From: Rhodospirillales bacterium
Lineage (GTDB): Bacteria; Pseudomonadota; Alphaproteobacteria; Rhodospirillales; JANQFP01
DNA length: 64,000 nucleotides
Assembly (NCBI GenBank): GCA_028277795.1
Contig: JANQFP010000252.1
Span: 22,490-86,489 of the forward strand
Reading direction: 5' to 3'
Positions 47,133 through 54,647 of this stretch are shown piece by piece. Each line of letters opens with the position of its first letter. The stretch's first letter is position 1. The notes under the pieces were generated by a model. That model saw only the letters and a program-made list of their open reading frames with translations, searched no databases and was not told the DNA's origin. Made by a program: the position numbers and the translations under genes.

Positions 47133-48371
47133 ATGACCGCACGCCGCGCCGTCGCCCTGCTCATCGCCCTGGTGACGCTGGCGGTCGGCGGCGCCACGGA
47201 GGGGGCGCGGGCGGCGGCTCAGACCTACAACCTGGGCGTCCTCCTCGGCCTCACCGGCACCGGGGCGCCCTACTCGGCCGATGCGCTCAAAGGCATCGAG
47301 ATCGCCGTCGACGAGATCAATGTCGCGGGCGGCCTCCTCGGCAAGCACCCCATCATTCTCGCCGTGGGCAACACCCGGACCCGGGTCGAGGTGGCGAAGG
47401 TGATGGCCGAACGGCTGATCCGCGACGACCGGGTGCGCGCCGTCATCGGCACCTACTCCAGCGCCACGGCGCTCGCCGTCAAGCCCATCTGCCGCGAGTA
47501 CCGGGTCCTGCACATCGCCCCCATCAGCAACTCCGAGGACATCACCAAGCTGGACCCCAGCCCCTACACCTACTCGGTGGTCCCCAACACCTACATGATG
47601 GCCAAGGCGGTGGCCCTGGGGAGCGCCAACCTGGCGGCGAAGGCTGGATGGTCCCGGTACGTCACCATCGCCTCGGACTACGCCTGGGGGCGGTCCAGCC
47701 AGCAGATCCAGACGGCGCTGCTCAAGAAGCTCAGTCCGGGCCTGGAGCTGGTGGCCGAGTACTGGCCGCCCCTCGGGCATGTGGGCTTCAACACCTACGC
47801 GGTGGCCATCCTCAACGAGGCACCCGACTTCGTCCTCGAGTCCGTGGCCGGCGCCGACCAGGCCCTGTGGGCGCGGGCGGTGCACGACTACCGGGTGCGC
47901 AACCAGGTGGCCATCCCCGGGGCCCTGATCAGCCTCACCGAGTTGATGCGCGACGGCAAGTGGATCCGCCGCGGCATCCATGGCCGCACGCGGGCGCCCT
48001 TCTTCGCCCACATGGACAACCCGCGCATGGTGCGCTTCGTCGAGGCCTTCCGCGCCCGCCACGACCGCTACCCGAGCGACTGGGCGGTCCTGGGCTACGA
48101 CGCCGTTCACGCCCTGCGCCAGGGCATCGAGAAGGCCGGATCCATCGAATCGCCGGTGGTGAAGGACGCCATGAAGGGTATGACCGTCGACGTCACCCGC
48201 GGCCGCCACTATTTCCGCGAGATCGACAACCAGCTCAGCGTGTCCGCCTATTTCGGCCGGGTCGCCGACGATCCGCTGTATCCGTTCCCCATCTACGGCC
48301 CCTACGAGGAGCTCAAGGGCCCCGACATCTGGCGCCCCGAACGCGAGATCAGGGCCGCCCGCGGCGAGTGA
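47133..48371 (+). CDS. ABC-type periplasmic substrate-binding protein (LivK / branched-chain amino-acid-binding-like family)
   Basis: Signal peptide followed by YNLGVLLGLTGTGAPYSADALKGIEIAVDEINVAGGLLG, typical of type-I LivK-like binding proteins. Starts ~10 nt after the dctM stop. Confidence 0.8.
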   Translation: MTARRAVALLIALVTLAVGGATEGARAAAQTYNLGVLLGLTGTGAPYSADALKGIEIAVDEINVAGGLLGKHPIILAVGNTRTRVEVAKVMAERLIRDDRVRAVIGTYSSATALAVKPICREYRVLHIAPISNSEDITKLDPSPYTYSVVPNTYMMAKAVALGSANLAAKAGWSRYVTIASDYAWGRSSQQIQTALLKKLSPGLELVAEYWPPLGHVGFNTYAVAILNEAPDFVLESVAGADQALWARAVHDYRVRNQVAIPGALISLTELMRDGKWIRRGIHGRTRAPFFAHMDNPRMVRFVEAFRARHDRYPSDWAVLGYDAVHALRQGIEKAGSIESPVVKDAMKGMTVDVTRGRHYFREIDNQLSVSAYFGRVADDPLYPFPIYGPYEELKGPDIWRPEREIRAARGE

Positions 48372-48493
48372 GGCCCGCGCCGGACGGCCGCGCTTTTCGT
48401 TGTGCGGCCCGCGCCGCCTGTGCTTGAGTCCTCTCGAGGCGCCGGCCGGCGGCGGTCCCGCGCGATCCCACGGTCGGCGGAAGGGCGGCGGCC

Positions 48494-48766
48494 ATGACCT
48501 ACTTGGTGCAATGCGAACTGGCCCGGGACGGGCGGGATGGACACAGCATCCGCACGGTCCAATGGGTGAGCGAGGAGCACGCCAAGCCCGGCCAGGTGGT
48601 GAACCTGGAAATGCCCCATGTCACCGACGACCAAGTGGCCATCGAGACCCGGGCCTACGAGGTGGTCCGCGTCTACGCGCTGCGCATGGACGAGGACCAC
48701 CTGATGGGTCCGCGGGAATCCAACCGCCCGTTGGCCGACGCGGCGGCGGCCGCCGCCGGCTCGTGA
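48494..48766 (+). CDS. hypothetical small protein
   Basis: 90-aa ORF with plausible codon usage. No family recognised. Confidence 0.4.
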   Translation: MTYLVQCELARDGRDGHSIRTVQWVSEEHAKPGQVVNLEMPHVTDDQVAIETRAYEVVRVYALRMDEDHLMGPRESNRPLADAAAAAAGS

Positions 48767-48787
48767 CGGCAGCCCCGGTCGCCGCCC

Positions 48788-49147
48788 CTATTCCGTATCG
48801 GCCGGCAACGGCTTGGGCAGGCCGGCGATCTTGGCGAGCTGCTTGTCGGGACCGTAGGGAAACAGCTTGTAGAGGTAGCGGTCCACCTCGTGGCGGGCCT
48901 CGCCGTGCTTCTTGATCAGGTGGTGGCTCAGGACCGCGACCAGATCGTGGGTGCTGGGGTGCCGGCCCCTGTCGTGATAGAACTCGCGCGCCGCCTCCAC
49001 CAGGCCCCAGTGGGTCTCGGTCATGTCGAGCTTCTCGGCCTGGGCGATGGAGGTGGCCACCGCCTCGCTCCAGTCGCCGATATCCTTGAGGTACCCCTCC
49101 TCGTCCGTCTCGACGGTCCTGCCGCCAACTTCGATTGCCATCTGCAT
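48788..49147 (-). CDS. TusE/DsrC/DsvC-family protein lacking the C-terminal cysteines
   Basis: DEEGYLKDIGDWSE ... THWGLVEAAREFY ... LYKLFPYGPDKQLAKIAGLPKP matches the family. It ends LPADTE instead of the usual x-G-C-V tail. Confidence 0.75.
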   Translation of the reverse strand: MQMAIEVGGRTVETDEEGYLKDIGDWSEAVATSIAQAEKLDMTETHWGLVEAAREFYHDRGRHPSTHDLVAVLSHHLIKKHGEARHEVDRYLYKLFPYGPDKQLAKIAGLPKPLPADTE

Positions 49148-49241
49148 TCCCCCCGGTTTGCTGGCACTGGGCCGGCCCCCGCCGGCCGCCAAAGGCCCGG
49201 AGTATAGGCCGCCGGCCGGCGCTGATCCAGGCGGAGCGGTA

Positions 49242-49634
49242 TCAGTATGCGGCGTACGACTTTTCTTCGATCAGGTGCGAGCCGAGAAGCTCGTTGATGG
49301 CCCGTTTGACGGCGGCCCGGTGGTCGTTGCTGTGGTAGACGCTGCGCGCCAGGTCGACGAACCGGGGCCCGAAATCGCCCGCCCGCTCGCAGTCGCGGAT
49401 GGCGTCCTCGATCTCCCACAGGCGCCCGTTGATCACCTTGAGGTCCGCGGTCAGCGCCGTCAGCTCGGGCGTGGTCGGCAGCGTCTCGTCGCGGGCGGCG
49501 ACCAGGACGTCCAGCTCGGTGCGCACGTTGGCCCGCTTGGCCGCATCGTCCATGCGCTCGAGCTTGATCTCCAGGATGGTGATCTTGTCGATCAGCTCGC
49601 CGGGCGAGATGTCGACGGTGACGGAGACGGGCAT
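49242..49634 (-). CDS. conserved hypothetical protein (possibly DUF6165-like)
   Basis: 130-aa ORF with good codon bias. Family assignment is from memory only. Confidence 0.5.
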   Translation of the reverse strand: MPVSVTVDISPGELIDKITILEIKLERMDDAAKRANVRTELDVLVAARDETLPTTPELTALTADLKVINGRLWEIEDAIRDCERAGDFGPRFVDLARSVYHSNDHRAAVKRAINELLGSHLIEEKSYAAY

Positions 49635-49698
49635 GGGTCACACCGGGACCGGATGGGCAAGACGGGGCAACGCTAGCACGACCCCGGGGCCACGGTCA

Positions 49699-50505
49699 TC
49701 AAGCGGCGTGACCGGCGGCCAGCGCGTCGTCCAGGAAATCGGCGATGCAGTCGGCCACCTCGCGCCAGCGGGTCTCCAGCATCATGGCATGGGCCATGCC
49801 GTCGAACATGACGGCCTCGGTGCCGAAGGAGTCGGCCGTCATCCTGACCGCATGGACAGGGACGAACACGTCGTTGCCGACGCCCATCACCAGCACCGGC
49901 AGGTCCGGGCGCCCGCGCCAGCGCGGCATGCCGAAGCCCAACAGGTCCCAGGCGATGCGGCCCGATTCGCCCCGGGTTCGGGCCAGGTAGCGGTGGGCCA
50001 GCTCGTCCGGCAGGTCGTCGGAGAACAGGGCCCGGCGCATGACCCGGAAATCGGCGCTGTCGGGACCGTGGCTCTGCATCTTGGCCAATTCGCGGAATAC
50101 CGCCGGATGGCGCATGGCCATGGCCATGGTGGAGCCGACCATGCCGTGGGGCGGCGCCGACGCCATGAGCACCGCGGCCGGGACCCGGTGGTTGTGGATG
50201 TGGGCCTGCACCACGCCGCCGCCCATGGAATGTCCGATCAGCGCCGGTGGCGCCGGCAGGTCGGCGACCACCGACGCCAGGTCGGCCGCATAGTCGTCGA
50301 GGCTCGCCGCGGCCAGCCGCTCGGCCCCCTCGCTCGCGCCGTGCCCGCGCAGGCTGAGGGCGTAGGCGGCGTATCCGCGCTCGGCGAAATAGGGCAGGAA
50401 GTGCACGTCCCAGATCCACGCCGCGGCGAAGGCGCCGTGGACGAACAGCAGCGGCACCGGCCGCGCCGCGCCGCGCGGACGGCGGCTGATGACTTCGAGC
50501 TTCAT
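49699..50505 (-). CDS. alpha/beta-fold hydrolase
   Basis: Nucleophile elbow GHSMGG, with HG oxyanion region (LLFVHGAF). Confidence 0.8.
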   Translation of the reverse strand: MKLEVISRRPRGAARPVPLLFVHGAFAAAWIWDVHFLPYFAERGYAAYALSLRGHGASEGAERLAAASLDDYAADLASVVADLPAPPALIGHSMGGGVVQAHIHNHRVPAAVLMASAPPHGMVGSTMAMAMRHPAVFRELAKMQSHGPDSADFRVMRRALFSDDLPDELAHRYLARTRGESGRIAWDLLGFGMPRWRGRPDLPVLVMGVGNDVFVPVHAVRMTADSFGTEAVMFDGMAHAMMLETRWREVADCIADFLDDALAAGHAA

Positions 50506-50557
50506 GACGGACTCCCGGTCGAGGCGTTCTGCCCATCATGGGCATTGCCTGTTATTT

Positions 50558-50706
50558 GGCAACTCCACCCGTCCGGTCAACCGGCGCGGTTGGCTTGCCG
50601 GGGGTCGGCACCGGATGCTCGCGTCCGCGCTCCGCCATGGGGAACCTGGAGACGTCATGATTGCCGTCACCGACTCCATCGTCTTGCGTCTTGGACGACG
50701 CGGAGA
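50558..50706. repeat. direct repeat A (left boundary of quorum-sensing islet); contains a duplicated arfB promoter and 5' end
   Basis: Aligns by eye with 53988-54130 at high identity, including ATGATTGCCGTCACCGACTCCATCGTC. Antisense track ORFs from the two loci share DGVGDGNHDV.RFPM.ERGREHPVPTPGK. Confidence 0.8.
50657..50706 (+). pseudogene. arfB 5' fragment (truncated or decayed duplicate)
   Basis: Encodes MIAVTDSIVL, identical to the intact ArfB N-terminus. A 6-nt insertion follows and similarity then decays rapidly. No GGQ motif follows. Confidence 0.65.
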
Positions 50707-51111
50707 TACGGGAAGATCGAGTCTGTGCCCTGATGGCGCGGCCCGCCAGACACACGGCGACTGCCCGCTTGAAGCGGTCCCCCGCGCTACGACTTGGCAC
50801 GAGATCTCCCGTCCGCCACGAGCTCCGCCGCCTTCAGGCCGCCTTACAGGCCTCTACCCTTCTGCTCCCGCAATGGATGGTTTGGCGAGACGGGCGGTGA
50901 GAAGCTGCAAGGCCGACAGCTTGCACCGTGCCACCTTCTCATCCATAGTTGTAAATAGCCCTGCTCGTGGTCGGGCGCTGCGCGCTCAACATCGTTGCCG
51001 CGCCCGGGAGTCGCGCGCGCCGCCGTCGATGCCAACTGTCAGGTGATCGCCGTCTCAGGACAATCATGATGATCTTTCCGCACGGGCCCTAGTAGGGGGG
51101 GAGACCGAGCC

Positions 51112-51837
51112 ATGAATGTTCAGGAATTCGCTGAGAAGGTTAGGAACACGCCCCATTTGAGGGATTTTTCAGCCTGCATTGCCTCGACTCTTGATCATCT
51201 CGGATTTCAGCGACATGCCTATGTTGCGTTCATGGCAAGATCCGAGCCACACATTCTCGACAATTACCCGTCTGCGTACCGCGAGCATTTCATCGAGAAT
51301 GACTATGTTTACATAGACCCCGTTCTCATGGGTACGAAACGGTCGCTCTTACCGTTTAAGTGGAGCAAGGAAAGCCGCGTATTCTGCGAAAAGCTCCCCC
51401 TCTCACCGAAACAAAGACGAATTCTGGAAGAGGGGAGCGAGTTCGGGATCAATCGGGGCATAGCGATACCGATTCACCTGGTTCAGGGCTCATTCGGTGT
51501 CCTCGTGGCCAACTCCGATGTGCCGGCACCTGAGCTCGACAAGCTTTGGCAGGACAAGGCCCTGGAGCTTCAGCTTTACGCATTGCACATCCATGAGGCC
51601 TACCAAGAGATCGCATCCTTGCCCACCGACGATTTTGAGGCTCCGCTTTCGCCGAGAGAACGGGAGTGTCTCCAACTCCTAGCGGCCGGCAAGGACCTTT
51701 GGTCAGTGTCGGAGATATTGTCGCTTTCGCTGGACACCGTGCGCAACTATTTGCGCAGTGCCCGACGGAAGCTGCGCGTGACGAACACCATGCACGCCGT
51801 AGTCAAGGCCATGCATAACGGCCTCATCGGATACTGA
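51112..51837 (+). CDS. luxR: LuxR-family quorum-sensing transcriptional regulator (autoinducer-binding plus HTH)
   Basis: N-terminal autoinducer-binding pattern (YVYIDPV ... PFKW) and C-terminal LuxR HTH (LSPRERECLQLLAAGKDLWSVSEILSLSLDTVRNYLRSARRKL). Confidence 0.85.
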   Translation: MNVQEFAEKVRNTPHLRDFSACIASTLDHLGFQRHAYVAFMARSEPHILDNYPSAYREHFIENDYVYIDPVLMGTKRSLLPFKWSKESRVFCEKLPLSPKQRRILEEGSEFGINRGIAIPIHLVQGSFGVLVANSDVPAPELDKLWQDKALELQLYALHIHEAYQEIASLPTDDFEAPLSPRERECLQLLAAGKDLWSVSEILSLSLDTVRNYLRSARRKLRVTNTMHAVVKAMHNGLIGY

Positions 51838-51871
51838 GGCCGGAGCCCGCAAAATAAGGCCCACGCCCGCA

Positions 51872-51889
51872 TAGACCAAAATTGGTCTA
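51872..51889. promoter_or_regulatory. lux-box-like inverted repeat TAGACCAA-AA-TTGGTCTA upstream of luxI
   Basis: The 8-bp arms are perfectly complementary. It is centred ~65 nt upstream of the luxI ATG, in the luxR-luxI spacer. Confidence 0.5.
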
Positions 51890-51944
51890 GTGCAGAAAAT
51901 TAACATCCGGTGTCTCCTCGACCGCGTTGTCGAGGGGATATCTG

Positions 51945-52589
51945 ATGATCGAAATCTACTCACACGCGCAATTTCTGGATAGGCCCGACAGGGCCCATCA
52001 GCTGTTTTCGCAGCGCTACGAGATCTTCGTCCAGCGGCTGGGGTGGGCCCTTCCCACGCGCGGCTATTACGAATTTGACCAGTTCGACGACGACAGCGCG
52101 GTCTACATCCTGAGGCTGGACGACCAGGGTCAGTTATGCGGCTCCTGCCGCGTTTTGCCGACCACCGGCAGCTACATGTTGTCGGGCGTCTTCCGCTCGC
52201 TGTTGGGCACCGAGGAGGCGCCTCACTCGTCCGGTATTCTTGAGCTGAGCAGGTTCTGCATCGATACCAAGGCAGGGCCAGGCGCGGCGCCGGGCAGGAA
52301 CTGTCGCGTTACGACCGAGCTGTTTGCGGCCGTGGTCGATTATTCGCTGCGCCAAAGTGCGACGGATGTCCTTGCGGTCGTCAACTTGCCGATTCTCCGC
52401 ATCATACGCCGGCTCATCGGCGGCGAACCGGAATGGCGCGGCCCCCTCCGAGATCTGAACGGGACTCGATGCGTCGCCATCCGGTTCCCGGTCACCGATT
52501 GGATGCTTGCGCGGCTCCACGACCAGCTGCGCACACCGCTGGTTCATGCCGATGCAACTGAATCCCGATCGGTAATGAGGGCGGCATGA
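51945..52589 (+). CDS. luxI: acyl-homoserine-lactone synthase (LuxI family)
   Basis: Conserved LuxI residues visible: RYEIFVQRLGW, EFDQFDD, CRVLPTTG, ELSRF. ATG 51945 (the track ORF starts at 51927). Confidence 0.85.
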   Translation: MIEIYSHAQFLDRPDRAHQLFSQRYEIFVQRLGWALPTRGYYEFDQFDDDSAVYILRLDDQGQLCGSCRVLPTTGSYMLSGVFRSLLGTEEAPHSSGILELSRFCIDTKAGPGAAPGRNCRVTTELFAAVVDYSLRQSATDVLAVVNLPILRIIRRLIGGEPEWRGPLRDLNGTRCVAIRFPVTDWMLARLHDQLRTPLVHADATESRSVMRAA

Positions 52590-52864
52590 CCAGGAATACC
52601 AAAGGTCAAGCTGATCCGCCGAACAGCGAGAACGATGACCCCATCGACTGTCATGAAGACTGTGTCCGGACGCTTGGCGGATTCGCTTCGGCGCTCTGCT
52701 ACCTGGCCACCGAGGCCAAACAGGCGGGATGGCATAGGACGCATGAACATCTGGAAGAGAGCTACGCCACGTTTATCGATGAAATTCAATGCAGTGAAAC
52801 AGGGATTCCGACCCTGCCGCAGCTGCGGCTGCTGCTGAAGGCAAAGAGGGATGAGTTGAGTTGA
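52586..52864 (+). CDS. hypothetical small protein translationally coupled to luxI
   Basis: ATGA overlap with the luxI stop. 92 aa, acidic and Cys-containing. No family recognised. Confidence 0.45.
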   Translation: MTRNTKGQADPPNSENDDPIDCHEDCVRTLGGFASALCYLATEAKQAGWHRTHEHLEESYATFIDEIQCSETGIPTLPQLRLLLKAKRDELS

Positions 52865-53029
52865 CGGAATAAGCGTGAAGGCAGCGAGCAACCTGCGGGC
52901 TGCCGACCGGGCCGGGAAATGAACCTCCGGCCCTTCTCCTAAGGGACTTCGCCGGCTCCATGAGAGCCGAAACCGGGAGTGGAGCGACTTCCGGTAACGG
53001 GATCGCTCGCATTGAGGAGGATACGGAAG

Positions 53030-53941
53030 ATGGCCGAAGTGACCTACTTGGAACCGACCGCAAGCGTCGAGGAGCTGGTAAGCACCCTTAACCGTGACGG
53101 TTGCGCCGTCGTCAAGAATCTGGCGTCCCGTACAACCATCGATGCCGTGAAACGCGACATCGAGCCGTATCTTGCCAGGACCCCGAATGCGCACGGGCCG
53201 TTTGTGGGGTATTCCACAAAACGCACCAGCGGGGCCTTCAAAAAGGCCCCCAGTTCGATTGGCCTGGCCATGGACCCGCTCGTTCTTGGCGGAATGGATG
53301 CGATCCTCGGACCCAATTGCAGCCGCTTCCAAATCAACCTGACGCAGTTCATCTCCCTACAGCCCGGACAGAGAGCCCAGATCTTTCATCGTGACGACAA
53401 CATGTTCGGGCCCCATCACAAGCCCTTCCAGTACCTGATCAACGTCGTCTGGGCGATCGACGACTTCACCGAAGAGAACGGTGCCACCGTCGTCGCGCCG
53501 GGCAGCCACACCTGGTCCGAGGAACGCATGCCGGAGCCTCACGAGACGTGCATAGCGGAGATGGAACGGGGATCGGCGCTTCTGTTTCTGGGCTCGTTCA
53601 AGCACGGAGCAGGCGCCAACAACTCGAAACGGCCGCGCCTGGGCCTTGTCATCAGCTACTGCCTCGGCTGGCTGCGCCAATACGAAAATCAGTATCTCAC
53701 CATGCCCCCTTCGATCGCCAAGGGGCTGCCGGACGATTTTCTGCGGCTACTCGGATATAGCATTCACGAGCCGAATCTAGGTGTCTATGAAGGGCAGGAT
53801 CCGCTTGTCGTGTTCAGCGACGAATGCTCGGACACCATGCAGGCGCGGGACTATTTCTCACCGGAACTCACGGCCCGCGTCGAGGAGTACTACGCTTCGC
53901 TCGAAAACGGTGACCAGTCCGACATCACCCGAGCGGCGTAA
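53030..53941 (+). CDS. PhyH-family Fe(II)/2-oxoglutarate dioxygenase (quorum-sensing islet)
   Basis: HxD motif (IFHRDD), distal His (FKHGAGAN) and Arg. ATG 53030 (MAEVTYLEP). Confidence 0.8.
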   Translation: MAEVTYLEPTASVEELVSTLNRDGCAVVKNLASRTTIDAVKRDIEPYLARTPNAHGPFVGYSTKRTSGAFKKAPSSIGLAMDPLVLGGMDAILGPNCSRFQINLTQFISLQPGQRAQIFHRDDNMFGPHHKPFQYLINVVWAIDDFTEENGATVVAPGSHTWSEERMPEPHETCIAEMERGSALLFLGSFKHGAGANNSKRPRLGLVISYCLGWLRQYENQYLTMPPSIAKGLPDDFLRLLGYSIHEPNLGVYEGQDPLVVFSDECSDTMQARDYFSPELTARVEEYYASLENGDQSDITRAA

Positions 53942-53987
53942 GAACCGATCCACAGAGCCTTGGGTCGGACGAAATCGTCTGATCCTC

Positions 53988-54130
53988 GGCAATTCCGCCC
54001 GCCCGGTGAACCGGTGCGGTTGACTTGCCCGGGGTCGGCACAGGATGCTCGCGCCCGCGTTCCATCATCGGGAACCTGGCGACGTCATGATTGCCGTCAC
54101 CGACTCCATCGTCCTGGACGACGCGGAAAT
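53988..54130. repeat. direct repeat B (right boundary of quorum-sensing islet); native arfB promoter and 5' end
   Basis: See repeat A. The two copies are ~3.43 kb apart. Confidence 0.8.
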
Positions 54131-54512
54131 CCGCGAGACCTTCGTGCGCGCCCCCGGCCCCGGCGGGCAGAACGTCAACAAGGTGGCGACGGCGGTGCAG
54201 CTCCGTTTCGACGTGGCCGGCTCGCCGTCCCTGCCGGAAGCGGTGCGGGCCCGCCTGATCCGCCTCGCCGGGCGGCGGCTGACGGCCGACGGCGAGTTGG
54301 TCATTCGCGCCCACCGCTTCCGCACTCGGGAGCAGAACCGGCGCGACGCCCGGGCGCGACTGGTTGCCCTCATCCGTCAGGCGGCCGAGCGGCGCCGGCC
54401 GCGGCGTCCCACCCGACCCGGCCCCGCCGCCGTCCGCCGGCGCATGGAATCCAAACGCCGGCGCGGCGACGTCAAGCGCACCCGTGGACCGGTGCGACCC
54501 GACGACGACTGA
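54087..54512 (+). CDS. arfB: alternative ribosome-rescue factor ArfB (peptidyl-tRNA hydrolase, YaeJ family)
   Basis: GGQ motif (APGPGGQNVNKV) and basic C-terminal tail. Confidence 0.9.
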   Translation: MIAVTDSIVLDDAEIRETFVRAPGPGGQNVNKVATAVQLRFDVAGSPSLPEAVRARLIRLAGRRLTADGELVIRAHRFRTREQNRRDARARLVALIRQAAERRRPRRPTRPGPAAVRRRMESKRRRGDVKRTRGPVRPDDD

Positions 54513-54517
54513 CACCG

Positions 54518-54578
54518 GCGCGCCTTTGAACCGACTCGCGAAGCGCCGTCGTTACGCGCCGGAAAGCCCGCGCGGCGT
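54518..54578. repeat. REP-like structured intergenic repeat, copy 2
   Basis: Same element as 9576-9636. Begins 6 nt after the arfB stop. Confidence 0.7.
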
Positions 54579-54647
54579 TTGAGCGCCGCCGCCTTCGCAT
54601 GAAATGACCCGAAGGGGCATTTCATAGGCGCGGCGGTATGAAATGGA

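Noticed and set aside
50489-51046. 185-aa ORF starting upstream of the arfB' fragment, and the antisense 82-aa ORF at 50552-50800
   Set aside because: The plus-strand ORF is read-through from the duplicated arfB start into decayed sequence and has no GGQ domain. The antisense ORF exists at both repeat copies only because the DNA is duplicated.
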